From: Octopus vulgaris | Lineage: Eukaryota | Reading direction: 5' to 3' | NCBI GenBank assembly: GCA_951406725.2 | Contig: OX597818.1 | Span: 98,952,001-99,016,000, forward strand | DNA: 64,000 nucleotides | In this document: piece by piece, positions 39,290 through 53,769 of the stretch | Layout of the letters: each line of letters begins with the position of its first letter | Numbering within the stretch: the first letter of the stretch is position 1 | Program-made: the position numbers and the translations under genes | The notes under the pieces: generated by a model | Seen by the model: only the letters and a program-made list of their open reading frames with translations | The model's database searches: none | Told to the model about the DNA's origin: nothing

Positions 39290-40030
39290 ACCCTCCCCTC
39301 CCCTCTATCAGTCACTGCATTCCTCTACCCCACTCAAGACTCCTGACTCCTTGACAATACTCTGCCACCATTCATCCTCCTCTTCCTTACTCTACCAGCC
39401 TATCTATGCCCTGATCTCCATTCCTTGCAAGTATACCCTGGCACTTGCCACCATCCCTCTCTTGCTCCTGCTGTCTCCTACTCTCTCTTTCCCTTGCTCT
39501 TACCTCTGGCTAGGTAACCATGTATCTTCTTTACAGTGGCATACCTCTTTCTTGTTAACTCCCACCCTCTAGGTAACTGTTTCTACCCTCATTCTTGTTA
39601 ACTCTCGCTCTCTTTCTGGGTAACCATAGACCTCCTCTACAGCAAAACATCTGTTTCTGCCTCTCTGTCATACTATAATCTTTCATCTTCTGACACAAGA
39701 TCACTCCTCTCTCAAAGACTTTTTGTCTTGCAAAGTCACTTGGTGACCCCACCAGTGCAGGTGCTATTTAAAAAGTACCCAGTCCACACAGTAAAGTGGT
39801 TGGCATTTTTCATCCAGCTGTAAAAACCACACCAAAACTGACCTTGTCTGTGTGAGTGCCACATAAAAAGCACTTAGCCCACTCTATGGAGTGGCTGGTG
39901 TTAGGAAGGGCATTCAGCCATAAAAGCCATGCCAAAACAGACACCAAAGCACGGCACAGGTTCCCATCTGGCCAGTTCCTGTGAAACTGTTCAACCCATG
40001 TTAACAAGGAAGGATATTAATCGACGATGA
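39290..40030 (+). mobile_element. RTE-associated repeat with the shared (GAT)n-ending tail
   Basis: ggtgttaggaagggcattcagcc...ttcaacccatg...attaatcgacgatgatg; the C-rich upstream part resembles 3640-4200. Confidence 0.5.
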
Positions 40031-40827
40031 TGTTGATGAAACAGAATAACTTTATCCTTACACATTTGTCCAATCCCAGGCAAAATCAAAATCATTATTG
40101 TCTCCATTGTGACCCCATACCAAAATCCGTACATGAACTCAAATTACATTCATCACAAACAGAAGCAGGTTCATTTTTTTTAAATCCTTTCCTTCAAACA
40201 TTAAAAGCGATGGGTGTGCCCATCATCATCATTTTTATAACACTGGACAAAAGCTTAATGGCCTTTCATCTTGTTACATTCTGAGTTCAAATTCTGCTGA
40301 GGTTGACTTTGCCTTTCAGGGCCGATAAATTAAATACCATTTGAGTACTGGGGTTGATGTAATTGACTTAACCTCTTCCCACAAATTTCAGGCTTTGTAC
40401 CTATTGTAGAAAGGATTATTATTATTATTATTATAATATTATAGCTCAAAATATTTTCTACCTTGGCCAGTATTTACATTTGTAATTCATCACAGTCCAG
40501 TGTCTTATAAATACTACTTGTAACATGATTATTAGTTTTATTGTTGTTGGTATTGGTATTTTATTATTATTATTGTTGTTGTTGTTGTTATTAAAATTAT
40601 TAATAGTTTTGTACTTGTTCTATTTTCTCCCTATATAAGCATATTTTCTGTGATACATAAAGCCATGACTAATGCCAGTCTGATCTGACATCAACCACAC
40701 ATTGTGTAAATTTTTAAAAGGAATCATTTATATGCAATGTGGTTAGAAACAGAGTGGCACAGGAACAATTGTAACGAATAATGTAGTTGTTTGAAATAAT
40801 TCATCCTTAGTAATCTTACTTATATTA

Positions 40828-40883
<56 letters not shown>

Positions 40884-41054
40884 AAAGTGCATCACATAAC
40901 TGGAAATCAGACTCACAAGTATTAATAGCGAGACACTGGTGAGATGAAGTGCATGATTGCAAAATGTTTGCAAGATTTCTTTAATCATTTTGGCATATTG
41001 TAGAAATGCATGTATACCCTATAAAGCATTGTATGCATATATAAACACACACAC

Positions 41055-41769
41055 TGTCAACAGTGATTTGCGTTGGACAAAGCATATCTCTAAAATTGTC
41101 AAGAAGGCCGAGGGTATCTTGGCATCACTCAGCAAGACTTTTGTTAGCTGCTCTCCAGCCATCTATTTAAAGCTGTATACAGCTATGGTACGACCACACT
41201 TGGAATTCGCATCATCAGTTTGGAACCCCTATTTTGCTCAGAACATTGACCTCCTGGAATCTGTTCAGAGACGTGCAACCAAACGCATACCTCCATCAGA
41301 CACCTACCATACTCTGAGTGCCTTGTTTCCCTGGGCATGGATTCACTGAAGCTCCGGCATCTGGCGATGGACTTGGTAAACACCCACAAAGTTATCAACC
41401 ACCTCACCAACAACAACACTGAACACCTTTTTGATCTCCATGTGTCCAACACACGTGGACATGCCTACAAAGTCAGAAAACAGCACAGCTCCCATGACTT
41501 TCGGAAACATTTTTTCACGCTCAGAGTTGCTGAAGCATGGAACAAACTGCTTGCGTCAGCTGTTGACTGCCATGACACTGCATCCTTTAAGGCCCTCATG
41601 CTTTCCGAAATCTGCTGAAACTACACCTGACTGTCCCCCTTCCATACTCATACACATATGTGTATGTCATGACTCATGCACTGTTCTTTTCCTGACGCTT
41701 GTACATTACCCTATGTACTATACATACACTTTAGATGAGTTGTAGTGCACCTGAGCACTGTACACAATG

Positions 41770-41803
<34 letters not shown>
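41055..41803 (+). mobile_element. 5'-truncated CR1-clade LINE (RT C-terminus, 3' UTR, (ATT)n tail)
   Basis: SDLRWTKHISKIVKKA...LYTAMVRPHLEFASSVWNPY...LESVQRRATK, then after a frameshift TRGHAYKV...RKHFFTLRVAEAWNKL. Confidence 0.9.
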
Positions 41804-41814
<11 letters not shown>

Positions 41815-44800
41815 CTATATATTGCACATATGTGTGTGTGTGTATACATACACTGCATATATATTTGTATGCATGTATATATATGTGTGTGTATATGTAT
41901 ATCAGATATATCTTGAAAACTATTGACCCCTAATAGGCAAAAATTATTCAACTATATTGTTGATCTTGGCAGAGGCACATAAAATGAAACTGAGGGAACT
42001 AACAAAACAAATGGGGACATTCAGATAAACAAACATGTTTGTGTGGAACCTTGAGCAAGTGTCAACTACAATAATCCTGGGTCCATCAAAGCCTTGTGAG
42101 TGGATTTGGTAGGAGAAAACAAAAACTTGTCATACATGTGTATGTGTGTGTCCTTGTCCTGATGCTGCATGATATGTGTGAACAAGTATCATTTGTTTCC
42201 AATCTTCTAGGAAAATATGTCCAGACATGCTTGGAAATAGGTGATGGTTCACAATAGTAAGAGCATCTAATTGTATAAAATATGCTTCAACAAATTCTGC
42301 CTGACCTATGTAAGCATAGATGATTAGATGTTAAAATGATGATGATACACACATACTAGGCTTCTACTCACCAGTAATGTTATAAAAACACTGTAACATA
42401 ACTGGTTGATTTAGAGACATTAATATAGCAAAGTACTCTTCACAAACTGGACCAGTGGCATGATTATGGAATGTTATCTTTGAACTATTAAGTAATCTAC
42501 TGTTATTTTTAAATATGGCAATATGTAAGTAGTTCAGCATATACAATTTGAATTATCTACATCATGTGTATATGTGTGTGCATGTGCATGCATGTGTGTG
42601 TGTGTATGTATGTATGTATGTATGTATGTATGTATGTATGTATGTATGTATGTATGTATGTATGTATTATGTATGTATGTATGTATGTATGTATGTATGT
42701 ATGTACACATCCATATAGACATACACACATACATAAATACATACATACACACACATATATAAATACACACACACAGATATTATTCCTTTTAGAAGCAGAT
42801 AAAGCTATTAATAAAACATGTAAATACCGAGTTAAAAATTCCTTTCCAATAGAAAAGTCAAAGGCTGCCTGTGGGATACAAACCTATAACTTCCGTAAAC
42901 ATGACAGATGTCAACGACACACACACACACATGTATCAATAATATATTTTACATAGAGCACACACTATCTGGCCTAGAACTCAATATACTAACAGTATGA
43001 ATGCATGCATGTATGTAAGTATGTATGCATGCTTGTATACACACACAGCAATAAAGACATAGAGAAAGGAAAATAAAGAGAAGGAAGAAGAGAAGGAAAG
43101 TGAGAGACAGACAATATAAAGAATGGATAGAAGCAAATGCAGTGTGATAATTGTAAAACTGATCAGCACCACAATTTCAGATGTGCTAGATATGCATCAA
43201 TAGTTAGCAGCAGCAGGAAAACCACATGATCTGTAACTGGCCAAATGGCTACACAGATAGCATGTAGCTTATCAAATAGTAATATGCAATTCTTTGTATC
43301 TATGTGATATTATGATTGCTAGGACCAATTCCATTGCACTTATAATTGCTTTACTAAAATCTGTGAAGAAGTTCAGGGAGATGTAGAAGACAAATGCATT
43401 AAACTGCTTTGAAAATAAGGTGAATGAATACTGTGGTTCTGCATATTAGACATTGGCAAAGAAAGATGAAAACCTGAGATGCTGCAAAAGAATGAATACG
43501 CGTATGATCCATGAACTGTTAGAGAAATGATAATTACAGACAATAACTGAAGTGAAGAGAATGGGATATGTTGAGAAAATGACAATAACAAAATAACTGT
43601 GAGAGGTGTAGAAACACTGAAAAAGAATGACCAAATCAAATGATAAATGTTGTGATGAAGAGATGTGATAATTGATTCACATAAATAATAAAAGTGTATA
43701 CAACATAGGTTGAACCATAGAGGTTCACACACAAACACAGATATGTACTTCCACACATTTATTTATATACATACATACATATATATTCATATACATATAT
43801 GTGTACCTAAATGCACACACACACATGCATGTATGGTACATATGTGTCTGTGTCTGCCTGCACATGTGTGTAGCAGCAAGTGTGTTTAGTATTTCCCTTT
43901 GGCTTCAGAGGCATTAACATTCTCTAACCAACAGCCTCCCCACTTATATACATGGTGCCATTTTATGCAGCCCACAGCAAAAGCATGTTAGGGCTTCCTG
44001 GCATTTCCTCACATGTTTTGCAATCATTGTAAACACAAGACTTGGTCAAATGGTGCTGCTTGTTTCCAGTTCTCTGTATAACCATGACTGCATTGTGCAT
44101 TGTTCACTTGATTGGAATCCTTGGTTGGAAACAGGGGAGTTTTGATTTCAGTGAAGGCATTTGGTCATAGGACAGTGTTTGTTGAACACATAGTAAAGAG
44201 GATACTAATCCAATGATGCTGATGAAGCTATCTATCATATATATATGAGGATGTTAAATGAAAATGTGTACATACATATATGCGTGTATACATATATGTA
44301 TACACACACACACACACACATATATATATATTGGTTAGTTCAGGGGACATGTTTATTTTTGTACAGTACTATCAGCCCTTTTATTTGTAAGTTCACATGG
44401 TGATTAATCAGTATCCTATTGGATGTGACACAGCTGTTACATCAACTCTTCACATTGGACACTAGGGCAGAAATTTAGGGTCAATTAATCACCATTCTAA
44501 AGTATGTGATATTTCAATGACAACAGTTAGCATGTAGAGAGATAACTAACTTGGGGGTGTCAGTTTCCATAAAAATTTTCTAGATTAACATGGGTTATAG
44601 TACTCTATATTTCGTTCAGGTAGTATGGATATAGGCAGCTGATAACCCAGTTATACCACTCTAGCTCTAACTGACATGGACCAGCTAAATCTAGGGTAGT
44701 ATAACTGGGTTATTAGCAGCCAATAGCTTGAATTTCATTAACAAGTAATACCTCTCATGGCAACAAGATGAAAGTCCATTTTTCCCGTTGATAGATACTG

Positions 44801-45639
44801 CAGTACTGTGGAGTATGTACAGTTATTCCCTGAGGCAAATTATAAGCTCTAAGTAAGTAACAATGATACTCTATGTGATGTTGATTAAGTCATTCTGAAA
44901 ATCCTGAAGTCTCCAGATAAAGCAAGACAGGAAGGTAGAGGTTTTCCTGTCCGTACATCTGAAGTGGCACATGCATTGCATCTATCTCCTGTAAAGTCAC
45001 TGGCTGCATCAATGGGTAGTGTCTTGTATAATATCCAATGTAAAAAGCTGTCACTGTAATATCACATCTTGCAGAATGCTGACTTATGTGAGGCTAACAT
45101 CTTGTATACTCCACCATGTGGATTTACTTGTGCAAGAATTGATTCTGCTATGATTCAAAATCAATAAACATGTACATGTATATAAACACACATACGTATG
45201 TATGTATGTATGTATGTATGTATGTATGTATATATCTATCTACATATATATATATATATATATATATAGATAGATAGATAGATAGATATAGATATAGATA
45301 TATATATGCCAGCATGGAAAACAGACATTAAATAATGATGATATATATGTGTGAGTGTGTCTGTATACATACACATAACCATATGTATGTGTGTTGGGAT
45401 GGGTGGGTAAGAAGTGTGTTGAATATTTATGAACAAACTTCAGATGACCAGAAATGGATGACACCTCAACAATTAAGTCACATATTCACTAAATGTTGAT
45501 ATTTTTATTTCTCGTTCAGACATATTAGCAATCTAGTACAAGAAATATAAAGACGTGCCGTGTTTGCGGCTCTAATCTCTAGCAGCTGTGGTTGTGGTTT
45601 TATTTACTAGCAGTTGTGATATAGAGATTACTAGCTTTT

Positions 45640-45975
45640 TGAACATGGCCAGATGATTGGTATTGTGAGTCTGGAAAGTTCTGCAGGCTTTTGGCAAAAA
45701 CATCAGAGTGTATTTTTCAAGTTGAAGACATTATTAATAACAATTACAGCTGAACATTGAAGACCATCATTGAGCATCTGAAAATGGTGGAGTCCATTCT
45801 CTGACACATGGTGTATGACAGCATGTAGAAGTTTTACATGGTGCAAAGAGAGGAGTTCATGTCCAGCTAGACCCTATGAGAATTGCATGAACATGCGACT
45901 GCCAACAACACATGCTCCTCCACCCTAGTGGTTTGAATCCTTTAGATTACTGAGTTTGAGGTTTTGTTGGTAGGT
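45640..45975 (+). mobile_element. Tc1/mariner transposase remnant
   Basis: ttgaatcctttagattactgagtttgaggttttgtt = LNPLDY*V*GFV, a decayed SPDLNPLDY.VWG motif. Confidence 0.5.
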
Positions 45976-46210
45976 GGCGGTCCCACAATGTCAGAACTCA
46001 CTGGGGATGATGTCATGGGTAGCAACGACCTGGGTTACCTGGCTCTTATATGTCATTCTTCCTGTGGGCAATTTTGCTGAATGGTCTGTTTATCTGATGT
46101 ATCTTGTGCATTTTCTTGTGAGTTTGTTGCTTTTGTTTTTCCTTGTATTCTGTATTGTAATTGTTTGCTTGGCAAATATTATATGTATCTTTCTTACTCA
46201 TCCCCTACGT

Positions 46211-46263
<53 letters not shown>

Positions 46264-46735
46264 GACAGACAGAGGAAGTAATTCACACATGTTAATGAGC
46301 AAAAGCACTCATTATAAATCATAGAGTTGAGATATATGTATTTAAAAAAAACTTGTCAATACATTTTGAGGAAATGAAAATTTTATAACTGGCTACCAAC
46401 GAAATGTTTATTAACAGACTCTAGGCTAAAATCACTGAAATCTTCTGTGCTTTTAAGCTTAGAGAGAAATTTTTATTCTCTTCTATTTGAAGTATTCAAA
46501 GTACTCAAGGAGAATCAATTCTAATCAGTTAGAATAACAAAATTTAGTCAAAGTGGGATAGCTGAAAAAGTAATTAAATGGTGCTATCTATTGTAAAAAT
46601 ATAGACAAGAATATTTCGAAACTTAAAATGAGATTCAATGGAGTAAATGAGAGATGCTGATCGTAAAATCCCTTCTGGAATTTTGAATTGACTGAAGGAA
46701 TATTCAAGAAGAGATTTTAGTCATACTGATGTTAA

Positions 46736-46767
<32 letters not shown>

Positions 46768-47559
46768 CCCTTCATTCAGAAACATTGGAAAGTGAAATAA
46801 AATGAAACTCTCAAACTATATTTATTGAAAGAAAAATGCTTCAAAATATTATGTCAACTGGAAGATTGTTACAAGACAAAGGCCTTAAAAAATGGCAGTA
46901 ATAGATGTAATCTAAATCTATTCATAGCAGAGAAAAGACTAATCCTTGAAAATTCACAATAACCAGAACATGAAAATTCCGAATCTAAGGGTTTTAGAAA
47001 ATGCAGATAAACAATGATTTCACAAAGCTGGGCACACATGGAATTTGTAAATGTCTGCCAGTATGTTGGTTGTAGTGGGGTGAGTGAATGTATGTAGATG
47101 AATGCGTATGCATATTCTTACTGTGCCATTTTTCAAGGTACTGGCATTATTAATATTACACTAACTTACTACTAAAATGTAACCCTTACCCAATTTTTTA
47201 ATAATTTTTTTTCTTTTTCCCTTTTAAGAGAACCTTTAAACTTTTATAACACATTGAACAGTAATTGCAAACATTATTATATTTATAACATATTTTCTCA
47301 ATTACTCTATTTAATCTCTGTTTAGATTTTAATCTATTCACATGTCTCAATTTTTACTGAATTTTGTGACTTCTGACTATAGTTTTTTTTCCCCCAGAAT
47401 CCCTTGAACGGTACAGCTAAATGAAAATATGATTTCTTGACTACATTTAAAAATACAGAAAACTTCATTAACTACAGCCCTTGGATCCTGTAACTGATGT
47501 TTGGGTTGTAACCAGCTATTATGAAACTGAATTCCCAAAATGGAAAGTTAAGTATTTAT

Positions 47560-47870
47560 AAATTCTGATTTCAGTAATTGGACAGCAGCCATGCTGGGTC
47601 ACTACCTTGAAAAGTTAAGTAGATAATATCAACCAAGTACTAATTTTAAGGTCTGGAACTAATTTTATTGTGCTCTATTTGCTGAACTGCTAGCTTACAG
47701 GACAAAATGTGGAGCATTTTGCTAGTAACACAGACAGAAAAAATACATCTCATGCCACAGATTTATATAAATACAGTTTCCATCTGACAAATTTAACTCA
47801 CTAGGCAATGGGCAACTTGTCACCATAGTTCAAAAATCCAGATGCCATGCAGTGGAACTTAACTTGAACT
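47560..47870 (-). mobile_element. Degenerate family-A SINE
   Basis: ttcagtaattggacagcagccatgctgg...gctgaactgcta...cagtttccatctgacaaat...gccatgcagtggaact, collinear with 14269-14668. Confidence 0.55.
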
Positions 47871-49162
47871 CTAGCTCAAAGAATTAAATCAGGAAAGGAT
47901 TCTACCACTTCTTTACAGATTATGAATTTGCAATCACTACAGAAACTGGCTTGAAATTAGCAAAATTTCTCAACATCACCACTGATGTTTCCAACTTCCA
48001 ACATTACTTCTGTTGTAAGCCCAATAAAACAGTCAACTATACACATGGAAAGTTTAACCCTAGAGACATCCTAAATCGTTCGTTTAACGTCCGTTCTCCA
48101 TGCTAGCATGTTAAAACGTATCCCTTATAAATCCTAGCATTTCATTCCATGAGAATGTATTGCCTGCAATAATGAAACATTAACACACAGTGGCTTCAAA
48201 AGATGGGAAAAAAAAGAAAGAAAATCAATTACACCACCCACTTCCAAATGCCTATCTGTAAGAAAGAAAAACAGTATTTGCTGGTATGATTCTCTCCTAC
48301 ATTTATTAGCTGTTGCAATCATAGCAAAATTCTTCTTGTTAAAGAAACATTTCCCATACTAACATATATATATATAAACTTTTCAATTAAAGCGCTTTCA
48401 CATTTCCCAATCTCAAACTCTGACTACTTGATAACTTCCTCCATTATCTTTAAACTCAATAATTCAATCAGTTCACTTTGGTCTAATAACAACTGAAATT
48501 CTGCCAACCTCACTTCATGCCCAGTCAATTCAAAAAGTTTAAATAATGACTTTATTTACTATGATCTTCAACAAACTTCATAGGAGTTACTGAAGTTAAA
48601 TAGAAAGATGGTATCCTGCCATGTGATATGTGATACTGACACTATCTATCTGTTACCCATTAAGAAAAAGCAAACTTTTATATTGTGTATGTAAGTCAAT
48701 ATTAATAGTATTTTTGTTTACTTGTTTGTTTTTGGTGTGGCTTATGATGTGATATGAATGAGTCAAAATTAAATGAATTGTTTTTAACAGTTACTACATA
48801 GGAAGGTTGCATTAATTATAAAATATTTTCGGTACACCCAACCATCTTTTATGAAATCTGCCTCCAAATAAATTTAGTGTTTTCTTTGTAAGAGTTTGAA
48901 AGAGCTCATATGATGGTGCAGTCAGTATCATAAGTAAGATTTCTACTAAACCGATTCAAGACACAGTACTGTTAATTTTATTTTTATTTTGTATTTTCAT
49001 TTGCAGTGGGATAATATATGGTGCAGAAAGACAGTCATGTCTCACATTTCATGACATGGCATCATTTTGTCTTGTACTTCATTGACTGTAACAAAATCTA
49101 TTGAAGATCATGCTTAGGTAGAAGAATGCAAATATTTTACATAGGTAGTTACACACATGTTA

Positions 49163-49210
<48 letters not shown>

Positions 49211-49844
49211 CACACAATCCTACAAAGGCAGAGAATGAAAGAAGAGTAATATGGAGATTAACTAACAGCTGTCTGCCTTACATAAGAGTTTTAAGATATT
49301 AATAAGGCATGAATAAATATGGCTTTTAAAACTTTCAAAATATTCAAGAGGGTCATTATTCTTTTATCAATGTGTTAGCATTTGTAAGAAATAACGACTT
49401 TCTAGGTGTGAAACAAATGAAAATTCTTATATAAGTATTTTACACCTCCCTTTACAAATTTCTCAAATACAATATTGAAAAAAATCCACTAAACATGAGA
49501 AGAATAAACCTGGATTTGTTATTTTGTGTAACTTTGTCTGTTGATCTTTGTTTTTTTTTCTTTAAAAATTCTTCGATATTATAAGTATTCACATTATTTT
49601 AACTGTTATTCATATTTTTAGTTTCATCCTTTCTCTTATATTTTGTTATTCTATTTTTCTTGCCCTTTTTTTCATTTTTAAAACAACATACAAATTTAAT
49701 TTAAATAATAACATTCAATCTCTAAAAATAATGAAATAACAATAGTGAGGTAATTAGAAAAAAATCTGATTGGATGAATTGTAAGTTAATTAAATGATGA
49801 GAATGAGAATGGTGGTGGTGATGATGATAGTAATAATAATAATG

Positions 49845-49878
<34 letters not shown>

Positions 49879-49913
49879 TGATGATGATGATGATAATAAT
49901 AATGATAATAATA

Positions 49914-49966
<53 letters not shown>

Positions 49967-50829
49967 GATAACAACAGTGATAAAATTTAATCACAATGAC
50001 ACTGTTCAGATTGGAAAGCAAAATGCTTCAAAACTTTGATTTAATTTGGAAGAAAAAAATATCTGTTCAAGAAAAGAGAAATCAATAGTAATAATAATCA
50101 TAATAATATATGCTTCAAATGAGCGCAATTAAATTTTTTATATGCTTTAATATTTTATTTTTTGTAAATAATGAGAAAAAAAAATGAAATATTGATATAA
50201 GAAAATATTTGCAAACATGCAGAATTAAATAATTATGTGCAGCTGTATTTCACATGCAAGGGTAAAATTAGTGCTACCAAATAAAAGAAAATGAAAAGAA
50301 TAAAATGAAAAAAGGTTCTGGGTGGGTGGGGTAAAAAGGGAGGTTATAAAGGGAAAGGGGCGCGGATCAGCATGCATGGTGTGACTAAGCCACAGTGGCA
50401 TTCATTGGCCTCACTCTGGCATTAAAACTGTATCGTGCCAAATGCTTATATATATATAAATATATATATATACTGGATTTTGTCATCATCATTAAAAAAA
50501 ACAAAAAACAAAGATAAAATAACGAAAAACAGTTACTGCAGAAACGAAGACAAATGACACAACAGAAAAACAAAACTGAAGAAATAACAGAAATTCAAAA
50601 AAGAAGTTACAGAAAAAAATAATATACAAACGTAACAAAAAAACAAAATTAAAAACACCACCAACAACAACAATAACAACAACAATGACGACATACAGTG
50701 CTCAACTAACCAACCACAACATTCACAAGGAAGGTATATAGAGATATATATATATAAATATATATATATATACATATATATATATACACACACATATATA
50801 TATATATATAAACACACACATATACATAC

Positions 50830-50875
<46 letters not shown>

Positions 50876-52312
50876 GTATGTATGTATGTATGTAAACATA
50901 TACATGTATATATATATGAAACCAGCACTAAAGGGCGCTGACCAATAAAGAATTAAAAAATAATTGAAATAAATGAAATGAAATAAATATTTTGTAAATA
51001 AATAAAATAAATTTACTTTTTAAAATCTGTATAAAATATGATGAAAATAATATTATTTAAACAAGAGAAAAAAAATTAATATATTAACAACTTAATAATT
51101 ACAGGCTTCTGTGTATGTAAGATTGTGTGTATGCAATATATAACTACATGTGTATAAGCACTAAGAAAATGTAATCAGCACTGATATTTGTAACAACTGT
51201 AGAAAGAAGCTGCTTTGAAATAACATTCTTGAAATTTCTCACTTCAGTCTATCACTAATATTGATAGACAAATTTTACTCAATATCATTTTGATATATAT
51301 TGAGTCAAATGGAAAAATAAAAATGATGATAATAATAATTATTATTATTATTAAAAATTTCATTATGGTAGTTGATGTTGCTTTTAACTTATACATAAGG
51401 CCTCAAATTTTGGGGTAAGGAGCATAGTCGATTACATCAATCTAAATAATTAACTGGTGCTTATTTTTCAATCCTTGAGAGAATGAAAGACAAAGTGAGT
51501 CTCAGCAAGATTTGATTTGAAAATGTAAAGAAAGTACCACAAAGAATTTTTCCATGGCTTTGACAATTCTACTACGTAGTACTCACAATGGTAATAAGAA
51601 TAAATATGAATATAAACTTCTGCTGAAGGTAGAGATGAGGCTAAATTTTTCAAGGTGTGTAGAGGGAACTAAATCAACCTTTAGCATAATACTGTTATTT
51701 GCTTTATGAAATCCACATAAGAAAAAAACAAAGTCAACTATGAACGATTTGAACCAAGAATTATTAATCTCTTATATAGGCACAAAGGTTTTAAGTTTAT
51801 AGGCTTGTACAAGGAGAAAATTATGTAATAAGTACAGCAGTGAATTTACACATATCTTAATTTTGGATTTTCTTCCTATAGTTATGCTAAATCAAACTCA
51901 ACAATACTATTCCTGTAACTAATTATAATTTTCAACACTATAACCATTATCATAAATTGTGTAATCTACAATATTATTTCTACACTATATTTGATTAGTT
52001 TGATCTCTTACCAGATCTCTTATTCTTGGCTGTGTACATGACCACAAACTAAATTTGAACTAATGAATTATATTTCTACCTGTGATCCCCAAGTGAAAAA
52101 GTGAAAAATTAAACTGATATAAAGTAAATGTATATATAAATACTGTACAGAGACACCCTAAAGATGAAATGTATAGTTCAGATAATTATAATATTACTGT
52201 AGGCATTCTTCAAATAAGTAGTTACTGCAAAAGGGTATGAGAGCGAAACTTTACTCTTCTTTGTAAAGAAACACACCCACATACTACCACTACAACTGCT
52301 ACTACTACTGAC

Positions 52313-52382
<70 letters not shown>

Positions 52383-52384
52383 GA

Positions 52385-52882
52385 CCTGATGCAGTTCCAG
52401 CAGTGGGTCTCATGGCTTCTGATCTTAACTGATTAGAAGTGTTAGCATGTACATGTTTGTCTTAGTGTAAAAGATGGGCTACAGCAAATATTCTGCTCAA
52501 TACCACAGATGTGCTTGTCAGTTGCTTGACCTTAATTAGTTGAGCATGTCCCTTAGTGGCTGATAATATATACTTTTCAGATCATGAACAAGAGTAGTGG
52601 GGATGCTTCATAAATATGTGTTGAAAGGAATTCTTCATCCTTAAACAACTTTTATTCAGAGACCTCTTGAGCAGGATGGGCTACTCAACCTCAAGAAAAT
52701 TCTAAGTGGACCCCACCTGCAAGATCATGCATCATTTATTTTGATATTAGATCACCATGTCATGCACATATGGTTGTGATGCATGAGCCAGGTGTATCAG
52801 ATGAATAGTCATAATAGGTATTTTGGGCTTCGCATATTTGTACCCCATCATCACTTTCATGGCATGCACTGCTCTCTCACTC
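52385..52882 (+). mobile_element. ~545-bp non-coding element, copy 3 (inverted relative to copies 1 and 2), in (TAA)n
   Basis: Reverse complement of 27615-28160 with a small internal deletion; preceded by (AAT)n. Confidence 0.8.
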
Positions 52883-53180
52883 GATAATAGTGATAATCCT
52901 TTCTAATACAGATGCAAGGCCTGGAATTTTGAGGAAAGAGCCAGTTGATTACATTGACAACAGAATGTCGCTGGTACTTATTTCATCGGCCCCAAAAGGA
53001 TGAAAGGCAAAGTCAACCTTAGTGAAATATGAACTCAGTATGTAAAGCCAGAAGAAATGCTGTCAAGCATCTTGTTTCATGAGCTAATAATTCTGTTAGC
53101 TTGCTGCTCTAATAATAATAATAATAATTAATTAATTCTTTTATTAATAATAATAATAATAAAAATGATAATAATAATAA

Positions 53181-53620
53181 TGTGATTCAGTGATTGATGC
53201 TAGGAGGCCAGATATTGCAGTTGATAAAATGTTGAAGGAAACTAAGATCATAGATATTGCTATATTTGGGATGTATGTGTGACTGGAAAAGATTGAGAAG
53301 TACAAAGCACTGAAAGATGAGATTGCATGTATGTGGGTAATGAAAAAAGTAAATGTCATCCCAGCAGTTGTAGGGTCAATGGGAGCATTAACAACCAGAT
53401 TTGAGAAATTTGTTGGAGAAATTGGGATTGATATGTGGGTAGAACATGCTCAGAAAACTTCTTTATTGGGGACAGTGAGGATTTTGATATTGCTACTTGG
53501 ATGTTAAGTATTGAGGAAAGAGACCCTGTGAGACCCTTGACAAAAGACTGTTATCTGCTCGTACAAAATTAGCAGGAGCAAGTGAAATCAAGAGCTCTGA
53601 GAAGTGAAATGGAAATAATT
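53181..53620 (+). mobile_element. 5'-truncated R4/Dong-clade non-LTR retrotransposon (restriction-like endonuclease end) in (TAA)n
   Basis: CDSVIDARRPDIAVDKMLKETKIIDIAI...EKIEKYKALKDEIACMWVMKKVNVIPAVVGSMGAL...HAQKTSLLGTVRIL has the RPD...D...EK..KY RLE motif. Both flanks are (TAA)n, the known Dong target. Confidence 0.85.
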
Positions 53621-53635
53621 ATAATAATCATGTCG

Positions 53636-53675
<40 letters not shown>

Positions 53676-53769
53676 ATGAATAATATCTATCTACCTAAAT
53701 GTGTATGTGTGTGTGGCATATATTTACATATATAATATATGAACACACACACATTTGACCTATATATAT

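Noticed and set aside
44420-44460. UGAAGA...GUAACAGCUGU hammerhead-like motif on the minus strand
   Set aside because: Several core mismatches and no convincing stems.
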